Position numbers and translations under genes: made by a program. From an uncultured beta proteobacterium (lineage in GTDB: Bacteria; Pseudomonadota; Gammaproteobacteria; Burkholderiales; Burkholderiaceae_C), in the NCBI GenBank assembly GCA_963766315.1, contig CAVXZM010000013.1, forward strand, positions 229,745-293,744: DNA of 64,000 nt, read 5' to 3'. How positions within the stretch are numbered: the first letter of the stretch is position 1; each line of letters opens with the position of its first letter. The notes under the pieces were generated by a model. The model was given only the letters and a program-made list of their open reading frames with translations. It had not been told where the DNA came from and made no database searches. Positions 18,374-28,950 of the stretch are shown piece after piece.

Positions 18374-18720
18374 GTGCCTTTTCTTCTCCCGCTGGCTCGC
18401 TGCGCTGGAGAGGCTGGCGCGTCTCCCGGGCGGAGCTGGTGTCCTCGTTCGGCCGGCGCGCGTCGCACCCGGGCGCTGGCCGCGGCCCGGCTCGATTTCG
18501 CCGAGGCGCTGTATGACGTCCGCACCGCCGGCGCCGCCGCTCCGCTCGCGCATCGCCGTCGCCCGCTCGCTGCGCGAGCTGTGGCACTTCGCGAGGAAGT
18601 CTTCAGCCGGGTGGCCTGCCGCCACGACCAGGCCCAGGCCGAACGTCGGCTCGCGGAGCTCGACCTGCATTTCCCGCGCCGCGAGCGCAGCATTCATCGC
18701 CGGCGCGGCACGGAGCGCTG
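18374..18720 (+). CDS. Small hypothetical protein (boundaries uncertain, frameshifted)
   Basis: Protein-like stretch across frames: RLDFAEALYDVRT...IAVARSLRELWHFREEVFSRVACRHDQAQAERRLAELDLHFP. Confidence 0.4.
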
Positions 18721-18746
18721 CCGCGCGGCCCGCCGCCAGGCCCGTC

Positions 18747-19268
18747 TCAGGCGGCCGTCCCGGGCACGGCCGCCGAGGAAGTCGGTCTTGCCGAGTTCAC
18801 GCCGTTGTGGCGCAGCAGCGCGTAGATCGTCGTGACGTGAAAGAAGAAGTTCGGCAGCGCGAAGTGCTTGAGGTACGTCTCGCCCTTCATCACGATCGGC
18901 CCGGCGCGACGCGGCACCGAGATCTCGCGGTCGTCGCTGCCGTCGACCTGCGCCGCGGGCACCGACTGCACGTAGTCGATCGTCTTCCTGACCCGCTGGC
19001 GCAAATCGGCGAGCGTCTTCTCGTCGTCGTCGAACGTCGGCCCTTCGCTGCCGGCGAGGCGGGCGACGCAGAACTTGGCGGCGTCGCAGGCGATCTGGAT
19101 CTGCTGGGTAAAGGGCAGCATGTCGGGTGCGAGGCGGGCGGCGAGATAGACCGAGGGCTCGAATTTCTTCGCCGCCGCGTGGGCCTCGGCCTTGTCCAGC
19201 CAGGCGACGATGTTGCCGAGCATGCGAACGAAAATCGGCACGCTTGCCGAGTGCATGGTGATAGCCAT
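18747..19268 (-). CDS. DUF1993 family (DinB-like fold) protein
   Basis: AARLAPDMLPFTQQIQIACD, ALPNFFFHVTTIYALLRHNGV-(frameshift)-LGKTDFLG. Confidence 0.88.
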   Translation of the reverse strand: MAITMHSASVPIFVRMLGNIVAWLDKAEAHAAAKKFEPSVYLAARLAPDMLPFTQQIQIACDAAKFCVARLAGSEGPTFDDDEKTLADLRQRVRKTIDYVQSVPAAQVDGSDDREISVPRRAGPIVMKGETYLKHFALPNFFFHVTTIYALLRHNGVNSARPTSSAAVPGTAA

Positions 19269-19367
19269 CAGGGTCCTTGCGTAGGAGGGCCGGATCGTAG
19301 CCGCCGCCGAGGCCGTGCACAATCGGCCGCTAAGCGGAGGAAGCGCCGCGGCGCAGACGCTGCCCCC

Positions 19368-20377
19368 GTGAACATCATCATCCTCGACGACTACCAGGAT
19401 GCCGTGCGCAAGCTCAAGTGCGCGGCGATCCTCGAGCACCTCAACACCAAGGTCTTCACCAACACCGTCAAGGGCCTCGGCCAGCTGTCGGTGCGCGTGC
19501 GCGATGCCGACGTGCTGGTGCTGATCCGCGAGCGCAGCCAGTTCCCGCGCCAACTGCTCGAAAAGCTGCCCAAGCTGAAGCTGATCTCGCAGACCGGCCG
19601 GGTCGGCCCGCACATCGACATCGAGGCCTGCACCCGGCTCGGCATCGCCGTCGCCGAGGGCGTCGGCTCGCCGGTCGCGCCCGCCGAGCTGACCTGGGCG
19701 CTGATCATGTCGGCGATGCGGCGTCTGCCGCAGTACATCAGCACGCTCAAGCACGGCGCCTGGCAGCAGTCGGGGCTGAAGGCGCCGTCGATGCCGCCCA
19801 ACTTCGGCATCGGCATGGTGCTTGCGCGGCAAGACGCTCGGCATCTGGGGCTTCGGCAAGATCGGCCAGCTGGTCGCCGGCTACGGCAAGGCGTTCGGCA
19901 TGCGCGATCGTCGTCTGGGGCCGCGAGGCGAGCCGGGAGCGCGCCGTCGCCGACGGCTACGAGGCGGCCGCGAGCTGCGAAGAGTTCTTCGAGAGCGCCG
20001 ACGTGCTCTCGCTGCACCTGCGCCTGAACGACGAGACCCGCGGCATCGTCAAGCTCGATGCGCTCTCGCGGATGAAGCCGACGGCGCTCGTGGTCAACAC
20101 CTCGCGCGCCGAGCTGATCGAGGAAGGCGCGCTCGTCTCGGCGCTCAATCGCGGCCGGCCGGGCATGGCCGCGGTCGACGTGTTCGAGGGCGAGCCGATC
20201 CTGCAGGGGCACCTCCTGCTGCGCCTCGAGAACGCGGTCTGCACGCCGCACATCGGCTACGTCGAGCAGGACAGCTACGAGCTCTACTTCCGCGCCGCGT
20301 TCGAGAACGTCGTCAACTTCGTCGAAGGCCGGCCGACGAACATCGTCAATCCCGAGGCGCTCAAGGTGCGCCATTGA
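19368..20377 (+). CDS. D-2-hydroxyacid dehydrogenase family protein (frameshifted)
   Basis: IILDDYQ, LIRERS, GIWGFGKIG Rossmann motif, VNTSRAEL, DVFEGEP, TPHIGY. Confidence 0.9.
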
Positions 20378-20426
20378 GCGCGGCCCTGCCCGGCGCGCCG
20401 CCCGGTCGATTCCGGCCGCCGGTTCG

Positions 20427-21582
20427 ATGTCGCGGCGCGCCGCCCGACGCAGGTGCGCTGGGCGCTGCTGTTCGGCAACTTCGTCATCGGCTGCGGCGTG
20501 ATGGTGGTGGTCGGCACGCTCAACGACCTCGCGCTCGCTGGACGTCTCGGTCGCGGTGGCCGGCCAGCTCGTCGCCGCGGCGGCGATGTCATGTGCTTCG
20601 GCGCGCCACTGCTCGCGGGCTGGGTCGGCGGCCTCGACCGGAGGAAGCTGCTCGCCGCGTCGCTCGCCTGGTATGCGCTCGGCCACGCGCTCTGCGCGGT
20701 CGATGCCGAGCTACGCCGCGCTGCTGCCGGTGCGCGCCCTCACTGTGCTCGGCGCGGCCGTGTTCACGCCGCAGGCGGCCGCCGCGATCGGCGCGATGGC
20801 GGCGCCCGAGCATCGCGGCGGCGCGATCACCTTCATCTTCCTCGGCTGGTCGCTCGCCTCGGTGGTCGGCATTCCGGCGGCGGCCTGGCTCGGCGACACC
20901 TTCGGCTGGCGCTGCGCTTTCTCGCGTGGCCGTGCTCAGCGCGGTCGGCGCTGTCTGGGTCTTCGCCGCCGTGCCGGCGAAGGTGCGTCCGGCGGCGCTG
21001 TCGCTGGCCGCGTGGCGCGACGCCTTCGGCAACCCCGCGCTGATGGCGATGGTCGTCGTTACCGTCCTCTCCGGCGCCGGCCAGTTCACGCTCTTCTCGT
21101 ACTTCGCGCCGTACTTCAGGAACGTCTCGGCGCGAGCACGGGCGAGGCGAGCGCGCTGTTCATCTGGTTCGGCATCTTCGGCGTGGTCGGCAACGTGGTC
21201 GCCTCGCGCTACGTCGACCGGATCGGCGCCGATCGGGCGGCGTCGGCGTGCTCGGCCTGATGGCGCTCTCCCTGCTCGCCTGGCCGTGGGTCGCGGCGCT
21301 GACCCGTCGGCCATCGTCCTGGTGCCCTGGGCGCTGGCTGCTTCTCGACGCAGTCGGTGCAGCAGGCGCGCCTCGGCGCCGCGGCGCCGGCGCTCGCGCC
21401 GGCGCTCCTCGCGCTCAACACCTCGGCGATCTATCTCGGCCAGGCCGCGGGCGCGGCCAGCGGCGGCTGGCTGATCGCGCACGGGGCTACGGCGCGCTCA
21501 GCTGGGTCGGCCTGGCTGGCTGGTCGCTGCGATCGCGCTCAGCGTCTGGGCCGGCCGGGCGCGCCGGCGCACGACGCGATGA
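20427..21582 (+). CDS. MFS transporter (DHA1/AraJ-like), frameshifted; start approximate
   Basis: Multiple TM helices; LLFGNFVIGCG, GGLDRRKLL, AAVFTPQAAA, ALNTSAIYLGQAAG. Confidence 0.8.
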
Positions 21583-22188
21583 GCGCGGGCCGAGGGCGCT
21601 GCCGCCGAGGCGAGCCACGGACGGCGAAGGCGGCGCGTGCGCGCAGCCGGCATCGACCGGCGACCTCTTCTTCACCTTCAACCGGCTCGCCCTGCAAGGA
21701 TTCGGCGGCGTCCTCGCGGTCGCCCAGCGCGAGCTGGTCGAACGAAAGGGCTGGCTGACGCGCCAGGAGTTCGTCGAGATGCTGGCGCTGAGCCAGGTGC
21801 TGCCGGGGCCGAACATCGTCAACCTCGCGCTCATGTTCGGCGACCGCTTCTTCGGCCTGCGCGGCGCCCTCGCGGCCGTCGGCGGGCATGCTCGTCGTGC
21901 CGTTGGTCGATCGTCATCGCCCTGACCTACGCCTACGGCGAGTTCTCGCGCCTGCCGGTCGTCGCCGGCGCGCTGCGCGGCATGGGTGCGGTCGCCGCCG
22001 GGCTGGTGATCGCGACCGCGTTCAGGCTGATGTCGGCGCTCGGCAGCAGCCGGCTCGGCCGGCCGCTCGCCGGCGGGTTCGCGATCGTCACCTTCGTGAC
22101 CATCGCCTGGCTGCGCTGGCCGCTGGTCTGGGTGATCGCCGGCTTCGGCTCGCTCGCGGTCGCCATCGCCTACCTGCGGATGCGATGA
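21579..22188 (+). CDS. Short-chain chromate transporter (CHR family), first subunit
   Basis: LALQGFGG, RELVERKGWL, SQVLPGPN motifs. Confidence 0.85.
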
Positions 22189-22749
22189 CGCCGCTGGCCC
22201 ACGCCGCGCTCTCGTAGGCCGACCTGCTCGGCCTGTTCGGCCACTTCCTGGTGCTGAGCCTGCTCGCCGTCGGCGGCGCGATCACGACCGCGCCCGACAT
22301 GCACCGCTACGTCGTCGCCGAGCACCACTGGATCAGCGATGCCCAGTTCAGCGCCTCGGTCGCGATCGCCCAGGCCGCGCCCGGGCCGAACGTGCTCTTC
22401 GTCGCCGTCATCGGCTGGAACGTCGCCGGGCCGCTCGGCGCGCTCGCGACGATGAGTCGGCACGCTGTTGCCGTCGACGGCGCTGACCCTGGTCGCGACG
22501 CGCTGGGGCGCGCGACGCAGCGAGACGCGCGGCGTGCGCGCGTTCACGACCGGGCTCACGCCGCTCACCATCGGCCTGCTGGTCGCGACCGGCTGGCTGC
22601 TGGCGCGGCCCTACGTCGGCAACGACTGCGCGCGCGTTCGGCGCGATCGGCCTGATCGCGTCGTCTTCGTCGTCATGCTGCGCACGCGCATCAGCCCGAT
22701 GTGGCTGGTCGGGCTGGGCGCGGTCGTCGGCGCGCTCGGCTGGGTCTAG
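22185..22749 (+). CDS. Short-chain chromate transporter, second subunit (in-frame TAG at 22215-22217 plus frameshifts)
   Basis: LSLLAVGGAITTAPDMHRY, AIAQAAPGPN; ATGA overlap with the preceding gene. Confidence 0.8.
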
Positions 22750-22959
22750 CGCCGTAGCGACCGGGCGTGCCGCGTTCGCAACCTTGGCGAACGCTGAGGA
22801 GCTCAGCACGTGGTGTTGAACCGAGTTGGGGGTCTCGCTGTCGGTTTTCAGAGCACACGTTCAGGTGCATTCAAGGGGACCATCGGCGCCCGCAACGCAT
22901 CGACGACGAGCAGTACCGCGGATGAGGCGCGCCGGCCGGTGCAATAGGCGTGATAGCCG

Positions 22960-23196
22960 GCGATCGAGACTGACCAACGTCGAGTACCGAAGAAACGTAC
23001 GCTGCAACGTGTACCTTGACGGTATCGATGGGAAGCCATGCGAGACCGAACCTGACAACGTGGCAGCGATGATGAGCTCGCTCGAACCGCGCAGATCGCC
23101 GTGCAGGAGGTGCTTGATGGCAAGAACGTGGACTTGCTGTAGAAGGTCACCGATGAGTGGCGGCGCCATGCTGACGTTTTCGTTTGCATTAGATGA
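22960..23196 (+). pseudogene. Possible degraded C-terminal fragment of an unknown protein
   Basis: Reads RLTNVEYRRNVRCNVYLDGIDGKPCETEPDNVAAMM-(shift)-ARTAQIAVQEVLDGKNVDLL*KVTDEWRRHADVFVCIR* in atypical-composition DNA. Confidence 0.3.
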
Positions 23197-23448
23197 GCAG
23201 ACCAGACCAGGCAGGTCAGGCCAAGCCAGGGCCGGCCTGGTCGGCGGCCGGCATGCCCAATGCCATTGAATCGGCCCTGAAAGGTGTCGCGCACCACATT
23301 GAACTCGAGGGCAGGTCGAATGAAAGTGGGATCGGGCCCGAATTTTGGGCCGTTGCTGCGCATCCCACCTAGAAGAAGCTCGTGGGAACTGAGAGTATTG
23401 TTAGACGTTATTATTTTTTCTTTAAGACTGCAAAGAAGGACGACTATT

Positions 23449-25301
23449 ATGAACTCATGCCGAGAACATTATCTTCGATCTAGACTGGCTGTATCTCTCT
23501 CGGTTGGATTGCTCCTGCTAGTCCCCTCCCTAGCCAACGCATGGAAAAACGACGTACGGGTCAACACCGCCAGCGGCCCCCTGCAAGGATATCTCAGCAG
23601 CGACGGAACGACGATGATATGGCAGGGCGTACCCTATGCCAAATCTCCCGTTGATGATCTCGTCAATCAAATCTATCTTCGGTGGAAAGCCCCTCAGGAC
23701 CCGGCACCCTGGCAAGGGGTTCGTGAAGCGACGAAGCCAGCCTTGAAGTGCACTCAGCTCAATACCACTGATGATTGGCTCCGAACCGGGGACATAGACA
23801 AGGACAGCGGCGAGGATTGTTTGTATGTGAATGTATATACCGGCCCAATAGTTCAAAGAAGCTTCCCGTTTATGTCTGGATCCATGGAGGCTCAAACAAT
23901 TTCGGATCGGCAAGAGAATATGGTGGCGCGGAGCTGGCAATTCGATCTGACGTTGTGGTGGTCGTTGTGCAGTATCGCCTTGGGCCGATAGGATGGTTCT
24001 ATCATCCGGCCCTGCAATCGGGGACAGACCCGCTCTCCGATTCAGGGAATTTCGGCACCTTGGACAGCGCCCAGGCACTTAAGTGGATCCAGAAAAACAT
24101 CGAGGCCTTCGGAGGAGACGCGAACAAGGTAACGGTTACCGGGGAATCAGCCGGCGCGCACAATACAATGAATTTGGTAATCTCACCGGTAGCGAAAGGA
24201 CTCTTTAACGGGGCGATGTACGAGAGCGGAGGGATGGCGCCAGTTACCGCTGATTCAGGCAGGGCTTCAGCCAATGACTATATCGAGAAGCTTCTCATGC
24301 TCAAGGACAATGTGAGCACTCCGGTCTCACCACCCACGAGGGCGATGTACAAGCAAAAGCGAATCGATATGGAAAATGGTGGAACTCTGAGTTCCTACCT
24401 TAGGAGCGCCAAGGCAGGTGACCTATTTCTCGCCATTCTCAAGTACGGAGCGGTCCCCACGTTTCCAGTCATAGAGGACGGGAACGTCATGCCTCTGGGC
24501 GGTTGGCTCCCGGCTATCCAATCCGGCAACTACAACAAGATGCCAATAATCCTGGGTAGCAACGAATACGAGCTGAAACCGTTTCAGCCTCTCTATGGAT
24601 CGATAGTTAATCTTTACAGGGCACCCTCTACTTTCCCCGCACACAGTTGGACGGATCTATTTACTTCGGTAAGAAACAATAACACTCCGAAATATGAAGA
24701 CATATTGAAGACTCCTTTCGACCAGGACCTGTACGAGAAAGCTGGATATTTTGGCACGCGGCAATGGAAAGCCAAGAACGTGGACTCGATAGCTCATGAG
24801 CTTTCCTTGGTCCAGGACAAGGTATATACCTACTTTTTTAAATGGGGCGGTATCGGATCCGGACCGTATCCATTCGATCACATTTACGGAGCCGGCCACT
24901 CCGCAGAGATCGCCTTTTTTGGGCTTGGATTTGATCAAGGGCTATTTAATCTTCCATTCGTTCCGGCCAACGAAAAGGGAAGAAATGAGCTCAAGGGTGC
25001 GATGATGGCCTACTTGTCAAATTTCGCCCGCACAGGGAATCCGAATTCTGGAGACCCACAGCACATGTTCCCTGCTCATCCCACTAAATGGGAGCAATGG
25101 TCAAACGCCCCAGGGGGTCCAAAGGCAATCGTCTTCGATGCAGATCTGAATCATGCCAAGATCGACATGATGATGACCGACGAACTCACATTTGCCATCG
25201 CTGAAGCTGAACGTCAAGCCTGGGTAGCGGCTCAACTCCCAGGCAATCAGTCCCTAGCAGATAACGTGACAAAACTGTTCCTATTTCAACCACCATGGTA
25301 G
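23449..25301 (+). CDS. Secreted type-B carboxylesterase (p-nitrobenzyl esterase/cholinesterase family), low GC; one frameshift near 23835
   Basis: Signal peptide (…VPSLANA-W), WQGVPYA, EDCLYVNVY, WIHGGS oxyanion hole, GESAG nucleophile, GSNEYE acid, GAGHSAEI His. Confidence 0.92.
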
Positions 25302-25333
25302 GTTGAGAGATTGCGAAGGAATCTAGTCGCTTC

Positions 25334-25363
25334 AAGGCAGGGATTAACCCCTGCCTTTTTATT
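25334..25363 (+). terminator. Rho-independent terminator of the esterase gene
   Basis: AAGGCAGGG-ATTAAC-CCCTGCCTT 9-bp stem followed by a T-run. Confidence 0.8.
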
Positions 25364-25546
25364 TGTGCTCACGCGATTCCCGAGCAGCCGCAGTGAATCG
25401 CGGCAAGCCGCTCGACCTGACCGCCGACGGGAGGGCGAGCGCAGGCCACGCAATTCGACCGATTGGTCTTGGCCACCACTCAGCGGACCGTCGTGGACGC
25501 CGCCTTGTGGCTGGCAGCGTGAACCCCAAGCGAAGCGGTGAGGACG

Positions 25547-26173
25547 CTATCGAGTACCGAAGATGCGGTCCCCGGCATCGCCGAGGCCGGGAATGATGTA
25601 GCCGTTGTGGTCGAGGTGGCTGTCGATCGCGGCCGTCCAGCAGCGGACGTCGGGATGCGCCGCGTTCAGCGCGGCGACGCCTTCGGGCGCCGCGACCAGC
25701 ACCAGCGCACGGATGTCGGTCGCACCGCGCGACTTCAAGAGCGCGATCGCCGAGTTCATCGAGCCACCGGTGGCGAGCATCGGATCGAGGACGATCGCCG
25801 TTCGCGCGTGCAGGCTGCCTGCGAGACGATCGACGTACGGCTCGGGCAGCAACGTCGCGTGGTTGCGGGCGATGCCGACGACGCTGACCTTGGCGTTCGG
25901 TATCGTGTCGAGCACGCCTTCGAGCATGCCGAGGCCGGCGCGCAGGATCGGCACCACCGTCACCTTCTTGCCACTAATGCGCTCAACTTCGACCGGCCCG
26001 GCCCAGCCTGCCGCCATCGCGCCCTCGAGCGGGAAATCGGCGGTCGCCTCGTACGTCAGGAGCCGGCCGAGCTCGGCCGTGATCTCGCGAAAGCTCTTGG
26101 TCGATAGTTCGGCCTCGCGCAACAGGCCGATCTTGTGCCGGACCAGCGGATGGGTAAGCTCGATCACCGGCAT
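25547..26173 (-). CDS. upp: Uracil phosphoribosyltransferase
   Basis: [44 protein letters not shown]. Confidence 0.97.
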   Translation of the reverse strand: MPVIELTHPLVRHKIGLLREAELSTKSFREITAELGRLLTYEATADFPLEGAMAAGWAGPVEVERISGKKVTVVPILRAGLGMLEGVLDTIPNAKVSVVGIARNHATLLPEPYVDRLAGSLHARTAIVLDPMLATGGSMNSAIALLKSRGATDIRALVLVAAPEGVAALNAAHPDVRCWTAAIDSHLDHNGYIIPGLGDAGDRIFGTR

Positions 26174-26183
26174 CGTCGTCTCC

Positions 26184-26960
26184 TCAGGCGCGCTGTCCGG
26201 CGCGCTCGATCGTCGCCCGCGCCAGGCGCTGACGTGCCGCTTCGTACAGGCAGACGCCGCTCGCCACCGAGACGTTCAGGCTCTCGACCGCGCCGAGCAT
26301 CGGCAGGTGGACCAGCTCGTCGCAGGTGCGCGCGGTGAGCTGGCGCAGGCCGCTTCCCTCGGCGCCGAAGACGAGCGCGAGCGGGCCGCTCAGGTCGAGC
26401 TCGTAGATCGAGCGCGGAGCATCTTCCGCGGTGCCGACGACGCGGATGTCGCGCTCCTTCAGCTCGCCGAGCGTTCGCGCCAGATTCGTGACCATGAAGT
26501 ACGGCACCGTCTCGGCGGCGCCGCTCGCGACCTTGGCGACGGTCGCGTTGACGCCGACCGCGTGGTCCTTGGGCGCGATCACGGCGTGCGCGCCGGCGCC
26601 GTCCGCAACGCGGAGGCAAGCGCCGAGGTTGTGCGGATCGGTGACGCCGTCGAGCACCAGCACCAGCGCCGGCGTGCCGGTGGCCTCGACTGCATCGAGC
26701 GTGTCGTCGAGCGAATGGCTGCGCGCGATCGCCTCGACGCGGGCGACGACGCCTTGGTGGCGATGCGTTCCGGCGAGGCCTTGCAAGCGCCCGTCGTCGC
26801 TTTCGACCAGCTTCACGCCGGCAGCTTCGGCGCGCGCGATCAGCAGGCGCATCCGCTGGTCGCGCCGGCCGGCATCGACATGCAGCTCGACCACCGAGCG
26901 CGGCGCCGTCTTCAGGCGAACGCCGACGGCGTGGAAGCCGAACAGGAGCTGGCGCGTCAT
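26184..26960 (-). CDS. rlmB: 23S rRNA G2251 2'-O-methyltransferase
   Basis: [43 protein letters not shown]. Confidence 0.95.
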   Translation of the reverse strand: MTRQLLFGFHAVGVRLKTAPRSVVELHVDAGRRDQRMRLLIARAEAAGVKLVESDDGRLQGLAGTHRHQGVVARVEAIARSHSLDDTLDAVEATGTPALVLVLDGVTDPHNLGACLRVADGAGAHAVIAPKDHAVGVNATVAKVASGAAETVPYFMVTNLARTLGELKERDIRVVGTAEDAPRSIYELDLSGPLALVFGAEGSGLRQLTARTCDELVHLPMLGAVESLNVSVASGVCLYEAARQRLARATIERAGQRA

Positions 26961-27718
26961 CGGCCGATCTTAGCGACCAGCCAGAGCAGGCCGATGAAGA
27001 CCGGCTGATGCACCATGTAGAAGGTCAGGCTCCAGCGGCCGAGAACGGCGAGCGGCCGCGCCGCGCGCGGCAGCGGGCCAGTGATCAGCGTAGCGCGATG
27101 GACCAGCAGCCAGATTGCCGCCGCCGCACCCCACCAGACGATGCCGAGCCAGGGAAAGACCGGCGCGTAGTCCTCGGTCACCGGCAGGTGTGTCACCAGG
27201 CCGACGCCGTTGGTCCAGCGACTGTCGAAGAACGGATGCGCGATCAGCCGCGGCAGCGCGATCGCCGCCAGCCCGAGCGGCCAGCGCCAGACGCCCCACG
27301 ACGCCGTGAAGCGGACAACGATCAGCATCACGGCAATGCCATGAAGGACGCCGAAGCTGATGAAGCTGTTCGGGAACATCAGCCACGAGCCGAGCGAGAC
27401 CAGGACCGCGCAGCCCGCGATCTGCGCCCAGCGCCGCCAGAAGCGCGCGAGCGGCTGCTGCTGCGCCGAAGCCACGGCCTGGCCGGCGCCGACGCAGAAC
27501 ATGAAGAGCGTGACGATGCAGGCGCGCTGCACGGTCCAGAGCCGATCGCCGTGGAAGTTCTGATGGATGAAGCCGAAGTAGTTGAGGTCGAAACAGAAGT
27601 GGAACGCCGCCATCCAGACGATCGCCAGACCGCGTAGCGCATCGAGGCGGTCGAACCGCGCGCGCGTTCCGACGACCTCGGTTGCCGTCGTGGTGGCGCC
27701 CGCGACCGCTGCCTTCAT
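26957..27718 (-). CDS. DUF1624 / HGSNAT-like membrane acyltransferase
   Basis: RFDRLDALRGLAIVWM..FHFCFDL, FGVLHGIA, DYAPVFPW, LGRWSLTFYMVHQP; many TM helices. Confidence 0.85.
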   Translation of the reverse strand: MKAAVAGATTTATEVVGTRARFDRLDALRGLAIVWMAAFHFCFDLNYFGFIHQNFHGDRLWTVQRACIVTLFMFCVGAGQAVASAQQQPLARFWRRWAQIAGCAVLVSLGSWLMFPNSFISFGVLHGIAVMLIVVRFTASWGVWRWPLGLAAIALPRLIAHPFFDSRWTNGVGLVTHLPVTEDYAPVFPWLGIVWWGAAAAIWLLVHRATLITGPLPRAARPLAVLGRWSLTFYMVHQPVFIGLLWLVAKIGR

Positions 27719-28950
27719 GCTGCGCCGGCCCAGCGCGCGGCCTCCGGCGCGCAGCGCGTCTTACCGCTCCAGCGTGCGCCCTCGGTCAGGACGCCGGGCC
27801 AGCGGCGCACCAGCGGCCACGCGGCGCGCGCCAGGGCCGGCCGCATCGCGATATGCGCAAAGACCGCAGCGACTTTCAGGCGGCGCGCGAAGCGGCGGCG
27901 CCAGAGGGCTTCGTACCGGGCCAGGGCGCGTTGCTGCGTTGCCTGCGCGGTCGCTCGGTCGACCAGGTCGGAACGAAGCGGCCCGATCAACGCCGCGAGG
28001 ACGAACGCCGACTGCAGCGCCATGCTGATGCCTTCGCCGACGATCGGATGGGCCTCGCCGGCCGCGTTGCCGACGCGAAAGATGCCGTCGCCCTGGCCGA
28101 GGCGCACACCCGGCCGCAGCGGCCCGCTCGCGAGCCATGGGCCATCGCGCTCGGCGCCGGCCAGCGCAGCGCGAACGCCGGCGCACTCGCGCCGCAACAT
28201 CGCCTCGACGACGTCGCCGGCACGCGCACCCGGCTGCAGGCCGCGCAATGCCTGCAATCGATCGCTGCGCACGCAGCAGGCGAGCGTCGTCAAGTCGTCG
28301 TCGGCCACGACCATGCCGCCATAGCCGCCGGCGAACGCCAGCACCGGAAGCAGGTCGGCGGCAATCGCGGCGCCGCGAAAGTTGGCCTTGAAGGCGAACA
28401 GGTCGTTTGCCGCGCGCGCCTCGCGCCGCTCGGCGCGCTCGGCCGGCAGCGGCTCCCAAGAGCCGTGCGCGGCGACGACCAGGCGCGCGTCGAGCCCGCG
28501 GTCGGCGCCGGCGAGCGGGCGGACGCGCAAGCGAAATGCGCCGGCATTGCCGTCGATCGCTTGCAGCGAGCACGGCTGCAGGCGGGTCACGCCGGCCGCC
28601 TCAGCGGCGTCGGCGAGCAAGGTGTCGAGCTGCTCGCGGCCGAGCGCGCGGCCCCAGCGTTGCGCCGATCCTTCGCCGCCCGGCAGCGCGGCCACGATCG
28701 TTTCGTCGCCGCGTAGCAAGGCGACGCGACGCAGCTCGGCGCCCGCGCGGCGCTCGAACTCGGCGCCGATGCCGAGGGCATCGAGCAGGGCGAGGTTGCT
28801 CGCCGCGATGCACTCGCCGCAGACCTTGCGCCGTGGAAACGCTTGACGCTCGATCAGTGCCACCGACCAGCCGGCGCGGGCGAGCAGGAGCGCAGTCGCG
28901 GCGCCGGCCGGGCCGGCGCCGACGACGGCCGCGTCGAACGATGCCGTCAT
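27715..28950 (-). CDS. FAD-dependent oxidoreductase/monooxygenase (geranylgeranyl reductase/hydroxylase-like)
   Basis: VVGAGPAG, ERQAFPRRKVCGECI, VGNAAGEAHPIVGEGISMAL. Confidence 0.88.
   Translation of the reverse strand: MTASFDAAVVGAGPAGAATALLLARAGWSVALIERQAFPRRKVCGECIAASNLALLDALGIGAEFERRAGAELRRVALLRGDETIVAALPGGEGSAQRWGRALGREQLDTLLADAAEAAGVTRLQPCSLQAIDGNAGAFRLRVRPLAGADRGLDARLVVAAHGSWEPLPAERAERREARAANDLFAFKANFRGAAIAADLLPVLAFAGGYGGMVVADDDLTTLACCVRSDRLQALRGLQPGARAGDVVEAMLRRECAGVRAALAGAERDGPWLASGPLRPGVRLGQGDGIFRVGNAAGEAHPIVGEGISMALQSAFVLAALIGPLRSDLVDRATAQATQQRALARYEALWRRRFARRLKVAAVFAHIAMRPALARAAWPLVRRWPGVLTEGARWSGKTRCAPEAARWAGAA

Noticed and set aside
23400-25360. Esterase as an integron gene cassette (GTTAGAC at 23400 matches GTTRRRY)
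   Set aside because: No complementary RYYYAAC or attC-like palindrome after the stop and no integrase; the 7-mer is plausible by chance.
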